Shown here one piece after another: positions 29,743 to 38,780 of a stretch of DNA of 64,000 nucleotides. This stretch comes from Bacillus subtilis subsp. subtilis str. 168 (GTDB taxonomy: Bacteria > Bacillota > Bacilli > Bacillales > Bacillaceae). Every line of letters begins with the position of its first letter. Position 1 is the first letter of the stretch. Where the stretch lies: contig NC_000964.3 in assembly GCF_000009045.1 (NCBI RefSeq), positions 496,001 to 560,000 on the forward strand. The letters are read 5' to 3'. Position numbers and translations under genes: made by a program. Under the pieces are notes generated by a model that worked only from the letters and a program-made list of their open reading frames with translations, was not told the origin of the DNA and did no database searches.

Positions 29743-31902
29743 ATGGAAACGTCAGCCCTTTTAAAACAGCAAATTGCGAAAGAAATAGGTTTATCACAAA
29801 AACACGTTGAAAGTGTCATCCGCCTGCTTGAGGACGGCAATACAGTCCCGTTTATTGCCCGGTATCGAAAAGAGCAGACGGGTTCAATGGATGAGGTTCA
29901 GATTCAGACGATTTCTGAACGCTGGCAATACATACAAAACCTGAATCAGCGAAAAGAAGAAGTCATCAGGCTGATTGCAGAGCAGGATAAACTGACAGAT
30001 AATCTAAAACGTAAAATCGAGCAATCGGTGAAGCTTCAGGAAGTGGAAGACCTTTACCGCCCTTATAAACAAAAACGTAAAACAAAGGCGACAGTCGCCA
30101 AAAGCAAAGGCCTTGAGCCGCTTGCCGACTATATCCTGACACTTCCCCAAGATGATCATCTGGCAGCAACTGCAGACCAATACATCAGCGAAGAAAAAGA
30201 AGTGTTCACACGAGAAGAAGCGATTGAAGGCGCCAAGCACATTATTGCGGAACAAATCTCAGACGAGCCGACCTTCAGAAAGTGGATTCGCCAGGAAACC
30301 TTCAAAAGAGGAACCATTAAGTCTGCAGCCGGAAAGTCGGCAGACACCGATGAGAAAAATGTGTATGAAATGTATTACGAGTATGAAGAGCCAATTGCAA
30401 AAGTTGTTCCGCATAGGGTGCTGGCAATGAACCGCGGCGAAAAAGAAGACATTTTAAAGGTAGCGATCGAACCGCCTGCGGATCACATTAAGGCGTATTT
30501 AGAAAAACAAATCATCAAAAATCGCTCAACATCCGTAAGAGAGATTTTGCAGGAGACAATTGAAGACAGCTATAAAAGGCTGATCCAGCCGGCAATCGAG
30601 CGTGAAATCAGGAAAGAGCTCTCAGAAAAAGCTGATGAACAGGCGATTCATATTTTCTCAGAGAACTTGAGAAAGCTTCTTTTGCAGCCGCCGATGAAAG
30701 GCAAAACCGTTCTCGGTGTTGACCCAGCCTTTCGAACTGGCTGTAAGCTCGCTGTGTCAGATGAGACCGGAAAAGTCTTGAAAATTGATGTGATCTATCC
30801 GCATGCGCCAGTCAACAAAACAAAAGAAGCCCATGAAAAAGTGAAAAAGATTCTTGAGCAGTATCAAGTCGAGATGGTGGCGATCGGAAACGGCACAGCA
30901 TCCAGAGAAACAGAGCAATTCATCGTCAATGTACTCAGAGACATGCCGCGCAAAATTTATTATGTGATCGTCAATGAAGCGGGAGCAAGCGTCTATTCGG
31001 CTTCAGAGCTTGCCAGAGAAGAATTCCCTGACCTTAAGGTTGAAGAGCGCAGTGCCGTATCTATTGCTCGGAGACTTCAAGACCCGCTCGCGGAGCTCGT
31101 TAAGATCGATCCGAAGTCTGTTGGTGTCGGACAGTATCAGCATGACGTCAGCCAAAAACGCTTAAATGAATCTCTGCGGTTTGTCGTCGAAACTGTCGTA
31201 AACCAGGTTGGAGTAAACGTCAACACAGCCTCCGCCGCGCTGCTTCAATATGTAGCTGGATTATCGAAGTCTGTAGCAGGCAACGTTGTCAAAAAACGTG
31301 AGGAAATCGGAAAGTTTTCAAATCGAAAAGAACTGAAGGACATCCCAAGGTTAGGTGCGAAAACCTATGAGCAATGTATCGGTTTCTTAAGAGTGCAGGA
31401 AGGGACAGAGCCTTTGGATAGAACAGGCATCCACCCGGAAAGCTATAAAGAAACAAAAGCACTTTTGAAAAAACTCGGACTTTCAACAGAACATATCGGC
31501 ACGGCGGAATTGAAGGACAAAATCAATCAGCTGGCGCTCTCTGAAACGGCAAAAGAGCTGGGAATCGGCGAAATCACTCTGAAAGACATTTGTGAACAGC
31601 TGACAAGGCCGGAACGCGATCCACGCGATAAGGTGCCTAAGCCTTTGCTGAAAACAGACGTCCTTCAGCTGGAAGATTTGAAAGAGGGAATGGAACTGCA
31701 GGGCACCGTGCGCAATGTAGTGGACTTCGGAGCGTTTGTTGATATCGGAGTCAAACAAGACGGGCTTGTGCATATCTCAAAATTGAGCAATCAATTCGTC
31801 AAGCATCCTCTTGATGTCGTATCTGTCGGCGATATTGTGACAGTTTGGGTTGACGGCGTAGATGTACAAAAAGGCAGAGTATCGCTGTCTATGGTAAAAT
31901 AA
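29743..31902 (+). CDS. ydcI: Tex family S1-domain RNA-binding protein
   Basis: VPFIARYRKE, GVDPAFRTGCK, GVGQYQHD and C-terminal S1 domain. Confidence 0.95.
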   Translation: METSALLKQQIAKEIGLSQKHVESVIRLLEDGNTVPFIARYRKEQTGSMDEVQIQTISERWQYIQNLNQRKEEVIRLIAEQDKLTDNLKRKIEQSVKLQEVEDLYRPYKQKRKTKATVAKSKGLEPLADYILTLPQDDHLAATADQYISEEKEVFTREEAIEGAKHIIAEQISDEPTFRKWIRQETFKRGTIKSAAGKSADTDEKNVYEMYYEYEEPIAKVVPHRVLAMNRGEKEDILKVAIEPPADHIKAYLEKQIIKNRSTSVREILQETIEDSYKRLIQPAIEREIRKELSEKADEQAIHIFSENLRKLLLQPPMKGKTVLGVDPAFRTGCKLAVSDETGKVLKIDVIYPHAPVNKTKEAHEKVKKILEQYQVEMVAIGNGTASRETEQFIVNVLRDMPRKIYYVIVNEAGASVYSASELAREEFPDLKVEERSAVSIARRLQDPLAELVKIDPKSVGVGQYQHDVSQKRLNESLRFVVETVVNQVGVNVNTASAALLQYVAGLSKSVAGNVVKKREEIGKFSNRKELKDIPRLGAKTYEQCIGFLRVQEGTEPLDRTGIHPESYKETKALLKKLGLSTEHIGTAELKDKINQLALSETAKELGIGEITLKDICEQLTRPERDPRDKVPKPLLKTDVLQLEDLKEGMELQGTVRNVVDFGAFVDIGVKQDGLVHISKLSNQFVKHPLDVVSVGDIVTVWVDGVDVQKGRVSLSMVK

Positions 31903-31911
31903 AAGCACTGC

Positions 31912-32025
31912 TTACGAGCAGTGTTTTTTCCTATAGAAATACCAGCATTGATTCAGCAGTTTAATTTGGTAATTATCTTTTTCAAGGAACGCTTTTTGCA
32001 TCTGCTTTTTAAGCCAATTTGGCAT
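31912..32025 (-). CDS. cmpA: Cortex morphogenetic protein CmpA (37 aa)
   Basis: Not in the ORF track: MPNWLKKQMQKAFLEKDNYQIKLLNQCWYFYRKKHCS*; RBS AGGAGG. Confidence 0.9.
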   Translation of the reverse strand: MPNWLKKQMQKAFLEKDNYQIKLLNQCWYFYRKKHCS

Positions 32026-32128
32026 AGGCTCATTCCTCCTCAGCTTTTATCATAAGAGGGACAGTGATTACCATATTGTATGCGAACGGTGAATTGTCCC
32101 GTTCAATGTTTTTTAAGTGAGGTGCACC

Positions 32129-32581
32129 ATGGATAACAAAGAGCTTCAAAAGCTGACAGAGGATATTTCTGAAACATATTTTAAAAAGCCGTTCCGCCAT
32201 CAGGCGCTTTTTAATGACCGGCTTAAAACCACTGGCGGCAGGTACCTGTTAACCTCCCATAACATTGAATTGAACAGAAAATATTTGATTGAACACGGCA
32301 GGGAGGAACTGATTGGCATCATCAAGCACGAGCTCTGCCATTATCATCTTCATCTTGAAGGAAAAGGGTACAAGCACAGAGACAGAGATTTTAGAATGCT
32401 ATTGCAGCAGGTCAACGCGCCGAGGTTCTGTACACCCCTTAAGAAAAAAGCGGAAAACAAAAAAACTTATATGTATATCTGTACGACCTGCGGCCAACAG
32501 TATATAAAGAAGCGCGCCATGAACCCTGACAGATACAGATGCGGAAAATGCCGCGGAAAAATAAAAAGAATTTTTTCGTGA
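32129..32581 (+). CDS. ydcK: SprT-like zinc metalloprotease
   Basis: HELCH motif and CxxC...CxxC zinc ribbon. Confidence 0.9.
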   Translation: MDNKELQKLTEDISETYFKKPFRHQALFNDRLKTTGGRYLLTSHNIELNRKYLIEHGREELIGIIKHELCHYHLHLEGKGYKHRDRDFRMLLQQVNAPRFCTPLKKKAENKKTYMYICTTCGQQYIKKRAMNPDRYRCGKCRGKIKRIFS

Positions 32582-32657
32582 AAAAGGTTGACGAATATGG
32601 CAAGCCTATGTTACATTATAAAAGTCGTCACGAGAGATAAATAAAAACATTTACCTC

Positions 32658-32686
32658 TTGACACTGCAAATCAAGGCTGATATAAT
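32658..32686 (+). promoter_or_regulatory. sigmaA promoter of the trnS tRNA cluster
   Basis: TTGACA-N17-TATAAT, perfect consensus. Confidence 0.9.
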
Positions 32687-32703
32687 AAGTCTTGTCTCAT
32701 TAT

Positions 32704-32778
32704 TCCACAGTAGCTCAGTGGTAGAGCTATCGGCTGTTAACCGATCGGTCGCAGGTTCGAATCCTGCCTGTGGAGCCA
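32704..32778 (+). tRNA. trnS-Asn: tRNA-Asn (GTT)
   Basis: Cloverleaf, anticodon GTT, GGTTCGAATCC T-arm, encoded CCA. Confidence 0.97.
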
Positions 32779-32782
32779 TATT

Positions 32783-32873
32783 GGAGAAGTACTCAAGTGG
32801 CTGAAGAGGCGCCCCTGCTAAGGGTGTAGGTCGCGTAAGCGGCGCGAGGGTTCAAATCCCTCCTTCTCCGCCA
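32783..32873 (+). tRNA. trnS-Ser: tRNA-Ser (GCT)
   Basis: Long variable arm, anticodon GCT, encoded CCA. Confidence 0.97.
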
Positions 32874-32902
32874 TAAGATTTCGATATAAGTTCTCAACCA
32901 TC

Positions 32903-32974
32903 GGCCCGTTGGTCAAGCGGTTAAGACACCGCCCTTTCACGGCGGTAACACGGGTTCGAATCCCGTACGGGTCA
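32903..32974 (+). tRNA. trnS-Glu: tRNA-Glu (TTC)
   Basis: GGCCCGTT...anticodon TTC; CCA not encoded. Confidence 0.96.
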
Positions 32975-32985
32975 TTCCATTTCGT

Positions 32986-33060
32986 TGGGCTATAGCCAAG
33001 CGGTAAGGCAACGGACTTTGACTCCGTCATGCGTTGGTTCGAATCCAGCTAGCCCAGCCA
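32986..33060 (+). tRNA. trnS-Gln: tRNA-Gln (TTG)
   Basis: TGGGCTAT...anticodon TTG, encoded CCA. Confidence 0.96.
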
Positions 33061-33086
33061 TTTTTATTTTTGAAATCTAATAGTAA

Positions 33087-33162
33087 GAGCCATTAGCTCA
33101 GTTGGTAGAGCATCTGACTTTTAATCAGAGGGTCGAAGGTTCGAGTCCTTCATGGCTCACCA
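33087..33162 (+). tRNA. trnS-Lys: tRNA-Lys (TTT)
   Basis: GAGCCATT...anticodon TTT, encoded CCA. Confidence 0.97.
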
Positions 33163-33173
33163 TTTGTCTTTTT

Positions 33174-33255
33174 GCGGGTGTGGCGGAATTGGCAGACGCG
33201 CTAGACTTAGGATCTAGTGTCTTACGACGTGGGGGTTCGAGTCCCTTCACCCGCA
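33174..33255 (+). tRNA. trnS-Leu1: tRNA-Leu (TAG)
   Basis: CTAGA-CT-TAG-GA-TCTAG anticodon arm; variable arm present. Confidence 0.96.
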
Positions 33256-33335
33256 CTTTATTTACAAAGTGCACGCAAATCTGTTTTACTAGGTTAAGAG
33301 CCTACTAAACCAGCACAACACAATTTAATGATCAC

Positions 33336-33421
<86 letters not shown>

Positions 33422-33425
33422 AATG

Positions 33426-33459
33426 ATACCAAGGGTTTTGACACCCTTGGTATTTTTTT
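33426..33459. terminator. Terminator after tRNA-Leu2 (ICE left end)
   Basis: ATACCAAGGG-loop-CCCTTGGTAT followed by a T run. Confidence 0.8.
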
Positions 33460-33504
33460 GTGTTTATTTTCAAATGATTTACTGCCCACAAACTGCCCAC
33501 TTAC

Positions 33505-34611
33505 CTAAAGTAAGTCATCTAATTTATCAGCCATTTCCTTTTGCTTGTTTGGATATAGGTGTCCATAAACATCAATTGTTGTTTTTACAGAACCATGTCC
33601 TAAACGCTCTTTAATTGTTATGTAATCTTCTCCTTGGTGTATTAATAGTGCAACGTGTGAATGTCTAAAATCATGTAAACGTATAGGAGTAAGATCGCTA
33701 TCCTTGCAAAAGTATTTAATTTTCCGACTGAAAATATCTTTTCTTGAAGGTGTATCTTTATATTGAAAGATATAGGTATCATGTGAATGTCTAATACCTA
33801 ATTCATTAAACAACTCTTCTTGTGCTTCTTTCCAACGTTCTAGTAGCTTAAGCAATTTTTTATTGATGCTAACTCGCCGAATCGAATTTTTAGTTTTTGG
33901 AGTAGTAACAACAAATTGACCATCAAGCCAGGTGCACGATTTATGCACATCTATTTCTAATAAGATTTTGTCAATATCTTTCCATTGCAGGGCGAGCATT
34001 TCACCACATCTTAGTCCAGTTAAAAAAGCAACAGTGTAAAAGGTTTTAAACAATAATTGATCTTGAGGAATTAAACTAATAAATTTTTTGAATTCTTCTG
34101 GTCTCCAAAACTTCATTTTCTTTCTTGTTAAAGGTAATCGTTTAACGTTGTCACACGGATTTCTTTTTAAGATTTCTTCATGTACAGCTGTATCAAAAAT
34201 TTTGCTTAGACTAGTCATTATATTATTAACCGATTTATTGCTTAGACCTGTTTCCATTAAATGTTTTCTGAAATCAGTTATTTCTCTATGTGTGATTTTT
34301 TGTATATCAGATTTCAAAAAGTAATCAGATATATGTTTGTTTATAATGTACTTCTGATTCTGATAATAGTTTGGTTTACTATCTATTTCACAACTTGCTA
34401 AATAAATTGAAATTAGAGTCGGAAAGCTTACTGATCTGGACTTTCTTGCTCTTTCTTCTTGAAATTCTCTTCTTAATTTTGCTTCTAATTCTAAAGCCTC
34501 TTTTCTGGTTGATGCTACTGGTCTCGTCCTAATTCTTTCTCCAGTAATCGGGTCAAATCCAAAGCTAACGTCAACTTGATATTGACCATTTTCAAGTTTT
34601 TTTACAGACAT
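33505..34611 (-). CDS. int: Tyrosine recombinase integrase
   Basis: TGLRCGE, HDFRHS, LGH and VYGH catalytic motifs; corresponds to ydcL. Confidence 0.97.
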   Translation of the reverse strand: MSVKKLENGQYQVDVSFGFDPITGERIRTRPVASTRKEALELEAKLRREFQEERARKSRSVSFPTLISIYLASCEIDSKPNYYQNQKYIINKHISDYFLKSDIQKITHREITDFRKHLMETGLSNKSVNNIMTSLSKIFDTAVHEEILKRNPCDNVKRLPLTRKKMKFWRPEEFKKFISLIPQDQLLFKTFYTVAFLTGLRCGEMLALQWKDIDKILLEIDVHKSCTWLDGQFVVTTPKTKNSIRRVSINKKLLKLLERWKEAQEELFNELGIRHSHDTYIFQYKDTPSRKDIFSRKIKYFCKDSDLTPIRLHDFRHSHVALLIHQGEDYITIKERLGHGSVKTTIDVYGHLYPNKQKEMADKLDDLL

Positions 34612-34623
34612 TTTATTTCTCCT

Positions 34624-35133
34624 TTAACCAAAAGCGCTTATTTCGTGTGAATAGATTCTGTTACTAAATGAGCCAATTTGAGAAAGTTTATAATCAGTAA
34701 CAAATGATGGTACGTTGAAGTATGCTGCTATTTGTTCTTTGCTAAAACCCTGTATATATGGAAGGGCTTCATTAAGCATTTTATCTGTCAGTATTAATTC
34801 TGATGCAAATAGGCTTGCTTGATGCTCAAGTTTATCTTTTAGAACTTTAGAGCAATTCACAACTTTAAAAGTGTTCAATCTTTTATGGAGAAAGTAATGC
34901 CCTAATTCATGGGCAATTACAAATTGTTGATGTTGGAGGTTCTCGTTGATATGGATTAAATATTGATCTGTGGCTTTGTCATGTTGTAGTAAACCGTTTG
35001 CTTGTCCAAGATCATTTTTGAGTATATAAATTTTTTGGATGTCACAAATTTCATAGACATTATTTGTACCATGTGTCTTAATTACTGATTGCACTTTATG
35101 TTTAATTCCTTTGCTTGTATAAATTGTTATCAC
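34624..35133 (-). CDS. immA: ImmA anti-repressor metalloprotease
   Basis: AHELGH (HEXXH) motif, IrrE/ImmA family. Confidence 0.95.
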   Translation of the reverse strand: MITIYTSKGIKHKVQSVIKTHGTNNVYEICDIQKIYILKNDLGQANGLLQHDKATDQYLIHINENLQHQQFVIAHELGHYFLHKRLNTFKVVNCSKVLKDKLEHQASLFASELILTDKMLNEALPYIQGFSKEQIAAYFNVPSFVTDYKLSQIGSFSNRIYSHEISAFG

Positions 35134-35513
35134 TCTTTCTTCTTTAATTCGTCAATGAATTTAATTCCGTTTTTTAATGCTTTTTTAACAAGGCGTGCAG
35201 TTTCCTCATCAAATTCACCATCATTCATAAAAAGGAGTGTATCTTCATCCTTTAATTCCTGTATGGCTTCATTAATTGTTTTATTGAGTAAATCAGTTTC
35301 GTTTTTCTTGCTTACTTCATCCTTTCCTAATAAATAGTCTGTAGATACGTTATATAAGTTGCTCAATTTTAAGAGTGTGTCTGTATCAGGATCTCTGTAA
35401 TCTCTTTCGTAATTAGACAAGTTATTGTTACCGATATTAAGTTTCTCTGCGGCTTCTTTCTGAGTGTACCCAGCTTTTTGTCGAGCTTCTTTTAATCGTT
35501 TGCCTAGGCTCAT
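35130..35513 (-). CDS. immR: ImmR XRE-family repressor
   Basis: LGKRLKEAR...TQKEAAEKL...LSNYE HTH. Confidence 0.95.
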   Translation of the reverse strand: MSLGKRLKEARQKAGYTQKEAAEKLNIGNNNLSNYERDYRDPDTDTLLKLSNLYNVSTDYLLGKDEVSKKNETDLLNKTINEAIQELKDEDTLLFMNDGEFDEETARLVKKALKNGIKFIDELKKKE

Positions 35514-35526
35514 TTTTATCATCCAT

Positions 35527-35766
35527 TTCACAAAGAGTTGATTTTTATAAAAATAATAACAACATTTTTTGGAGAATTCATTAATTTCACCTATAAGTTA
35601 AATAAATAATTCTAAATTCTCCTTTTAGGAGTGTTTGTTTCTTCTTTATGGAGAGTTTAATTATCAATATTTCCATATATGTTCAAAAAAATACACTTTA
35701 AGGTGAATTTTGTGTTGACTTACACGAAAAGGAGTTTTATAATAAAGTTAATTCACAAAGAGTTGA
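35527..35766. promoter_or_regulatory. immR/xis divergent control region with Pxis and probable ImmR operators
   Basis: TTGACT-N17-TATAAT at 35715-35743; exact 15-bp repeat TTCACAAAGAGTTGA at 35527-35541 and 35752-35766. Confidence 0.75.
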
Positions 35767-35786
35767 GTTAACGAGGAGGTGATATT

Positions 35787-35981
35787 TTGAAAGGAGAGTT
35801 TTTAACTGCGAGAGATATTCAAAAAATTCTTGGAGTTAAACAGGCTAAATCTTATGACATCATTAGAACTTTGAATGCTCAAATGAAAGAAGAAGGATAT
35901 ATGGTCATTCAAGGTAAGGTGAGTAGAGCTAAGTTTGAAGAGTGTTATTGTTACAAAGGCCCAAAATCTCAAACGGGGTGA
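35787..35981 (+). CDS. xis: Excisionase
   Basis: Small basic winged-helix protein (FLTARDIQKILGV); TTG start after GAGGAGG. Confidence 0.92.
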   Translation: MKGEFLTARDIQKILGVKQAKSYDIIRTLNAQMKEEGYMVIQGKVSRAKFEECYCYKGPKSQTG

Positions 35982-36238
35982 TTTTTATAAACATTGATAT
36001 AACAAACTCGTTTATGAAAGAAGCTGTCCCTTTAGCTAGACAAATGGAAGGTGATTGGATAGCACGAATGAAAATTGCTCTGAATTCAGTCATTATAAAT
36101 CATTATTTAAACCTTCCCTTAACAATTGAAAATGTTAATGAATTACTGCGAAAAGGCGTTTCATATCGCAGGATATGTAAGCATTACGGCATTGGAAGAA
36201 AAGACATTGAAAAGCTTCGGCAATCATCCGTAGTGTGA
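35978..36238 (+). CDS. ydzL: Hypothetical protein with a C-terminal HTH-like segment
   Basis: GTG start overlapping the xis stop; 86 aa. Confidence 0.8.
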   Translation: MIFINIDITNSFMKEAVPLARQMEGDWIARMKIALNSVIINHYLNLPLTIENVNELLRKGVSYRRICKHYGIGRKDIEKLRQSSVV

Positions 36239-36291
36239 CGTTATATACCACTATAGGGAGCCGTTAAGAATCCTTTGAAAGGAGGGATGCG

Positions 36292-36552
36292 ATGAAAATA
36301 AGAGTGAATGCAACAATCATTACTGATGTTGAAGCTTTAAAGGCTGATAAGGATTTGAATCATTTTAAAGACTATGCCACTTGTGAAACATTCGTTGTTG
36401 ATGCTGATAATCATTTGAAGGCTAATGAAGAAATATCTGAGTTGTTAAAAGGCTGGGATTGGTGGTGTATCTGGTCAACTCGTCCATTGAGTAAAAAGGA
36501 TAACCAAGTGTTTACTTTGTATAACGATGATTTGTATAACTTATGTCGATAG
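36292..36552 (+). CDS. devI: DevI development inhibitor
   Basis: 86-aa ORF with a GGAGGG RBS at the ydcO position of ICEBs1. Confidence 0.8.
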   Translation: MKIRVNATIITDVEALKADKDLNHFKDYATCETFVVDADNHLKANEEISELLKGWDWWCIWSTRPLSKKDNQVFTLYNDDLYNLCR

Positions 36553-36921
36553 GAGTGTTTGTTCCTTGAAAACTACATATAGACAAAAAAAGCGCCTTGA
36601 CGAATGATCATCAAGAACGCCGGAAAATAAAAACTAGACACTTTTATTATACGGTATTCTTGTTGAAATGTCATGCGTGAGTATTTGAGTGATGAACAGC
36701 AATCACTTTAAATGCTGTAGCAGGCTAGAATAAGCGTGCGGAATAGCTGTAGTCAGCTTGATGGCTATAATTAGCCTACTAGGTTGCCATGAGGGCGTAA
36801 AGCCGTTAGCAACTGATAAGCGCCAAGATGGATACAGAACCGGAGCGAATCAAAAACATAAAATCGAAATTAATGTTCTTTTGTAAATAAATTATAAAAA
36901 AATGAAATGGGGATATGAAAA

Positions 36922-37302
36922 ATGAACTTAAACTTTATTGTACCGGATATCAATATGACTTTTGGAGACATGAAATTCATGGGACTTAACAGAGAAAGGT
37001 ATGTTTATGATCGTGAAAATAATAAGCGTACTGACGTACTGGAATCTAGGATTTATAACATTGCTAGTGCTGTCCAAGGTGGTCAAATTGAAGTAACTAT
37101 TCCTGAGTATGCTGGGGCAAAAGAAATTCCTCCTTTTGCAGATATTGAGTTGAAAAATCCAAAAATTAGCGCTATGGCGACTAGTCAAAGGGATTCGACG
37201 TATGCCAATGTGATGTGGAAACTTGAAGCTGATGATATTGTTGTTAAAGGTGGCTCTTCTGTGAAACCTGCCGCGGCAACTGGCGGGAATGAAAAGAAAT
37301 AA
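36922..37302 (+). CDS. helP: Helicase processivity factor (Tn916 Orf22/23-like, OB fold)
   Basis: 126-aa ORF upstream of the coupling protein (ydcP). Confidence 0.88.
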
Positions 37303-37337
37303 CATGATGCTCTCATATCGGCAGGCGGGTGATGTAT

Positions 37338-38780
37338 ATGAGTGATTTCTTAAACAAAAGATTTTGGAAATACAGGGGCAAACGAATCCGCCCGTACATG
37401 AGAAACAACGTAAAGTTAGCAGGCGCAATCATCTTTGTGCCTGTTTTTTTATTGTCTATGTTCCTTTTTTGGAGAGAACAACTCATTCATTTTGATCTAT
37501 CTCAAGTGATAAAAAATTTTGAATGGAATGTGCCTTTAATCATTAAAAGCGTTTTATGCTCTGTGCTAATTGCTGTTGGAAGCATAGTTGCATCTTACTT
37601 TCTTTTGTTTGACAGCTATAAGAAAATCCTTCACAGGCAAAAGATTGCTAAAATGATTTTCTCTAACAAGTTTTACGAAAAAGAAAACGTGAAAGTAAGA
37701 AAAATCTTTTCAAATGAAACTGACTCAAAGGAAAAGATCACATACTTTCCTAGAATGTATTACCAGGTCAAAAACAACCACATCTATATTCGTATTGCTA
37801 TGGACATGAGCCGTTTTCAGAATCGCTTCCTAGACTTAGGAAAGGATTTGGAAAACGGCTTATTTTGTGACTTGGTTGATAAACAAATGGAAGAAGGTTT
37901 TGTATGCTTTAAGCTTCTTTACGATGTCAAAAAGAATCGTATTTCCATTGATGATGCAGTAGCTGAGAATGGAGTCCTTCCGTTAATGAAGCATATCTCA
38001 TGGCAATTTGATAAGTTGCCGCACATGCTTATTGCTGGTGGTACAGGTGGAGGGAAAACATACTTCATGCTAACGATCATTAAGGCATGTGTTGGACTGG
38101 GGGCAGATGTAAGAATACTAGACCCTAAAAATGCAGATTTAGCAGACTTGGAAGAAGTACTTCCGAAAAAGGTCTATTCCCAAAAGAACGGTATTCTTAT
38201 GTGCCTGAGAAAGTCTGTAGATGGCATGATGGAACGAATGGATGAAATGAAGCAAATGTCTAACTATAAGACAGGTGAAAACTATGCTTATTTAGGCTTA
38301 AAACCTGTTTTTATCTTCTTTGATGAATATGTGGCATTTATGGATTTGTTAGATATGAAAGAAAGAAACGAAGCCCTTTCTTACATGAAACAGTTGGTCA
38401 TGTTGGGGAGACAGGCGGGGTATTTTCTCGTTTTAGGCGCACAACGTCCAGATGCAAAATATTTAGCTGACGGTATTCGTGATCAGTTTAGCTTTCGTGT
38501 TTCATTGGGTTTAATGTCCGATACGGGTTACGGAATGATGTTTGGCGATGTTGAAAAAGCATATGTGAATAAAAAGGAGACAGGGCGAGGATATGCCAAT
38601 GTGGGCACAGGTTCAGTGTTGGAGTTTTACAGCCCTATCGTGCCGAAAGGATATGATTTTATGTCATCTATTAAAAATGCGCTGGTTGGAGTCGAGGGAG
38701 CGCAGGCGACGGCAGTCGCCAGCGGCAGCGTAAGCGACCAGACGGCCAGCGGCGAAGGAGTGAGCGAAGCGAATGGATGA
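37338..38780 (+). CDS. conQ: Coupling protein (FtsK/VirD4-like ATPase)
   Basis: Two TM segments, AGGTGGGKT Walker A, FFDEY Walker B, LGRQAG. Confidence 0.93.
   Translation: MSDFLNKRFWKYRGKRIRPYMRNNVKLAGAIIFVPVFLLSMFLFWREQLIHFDLSQVIKNFEWNVPLIIKSVLCSVLIAVGSIVASYFLLFDSYKKILHRQKIAKMIFSNKFYEKENVKVRKIFSNETDSKEKITYFPRMYYQVKNNHIYIRIAMDMSRFQNRFLDLGKDLENGLFCDLVDKQMEEGFVCFKLLYDVKKNRISIDDAVAENGVLPLMKHISWQFDKLPHMLIAGGTGGGKTYFMLTIIKACVGLGADVRILDPKNADLADLEEVLPKKVYSQKNGILMCLRKSVDGMMERMDEMKQMSNYKTGENYAYLGLKPVFIFFDEYVAFMDLLDMKERNEALSYMKQLVMLGRQAGYFLVLGAQRPDAKYLADGIRDQFSFRVSLGLMSDTGYGMMFGDVEKAYVNKKETGRGYANVGTGSVLEFYSPIVPKGYDFMSSIKNALVGVEGAQATAVASGSVSDQTASGEGVSEANG

Noticed and set aside
36779-36796. CTAGGTT-GCCAT-GAGGGC, resembling the att core with a 5-bp insertion (also CTAGGTTG near 55991)
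   Set aside because: The matches are short, the right half of the inverted repeat is missing, and both are explained as parts of local hairpins; likely chance.
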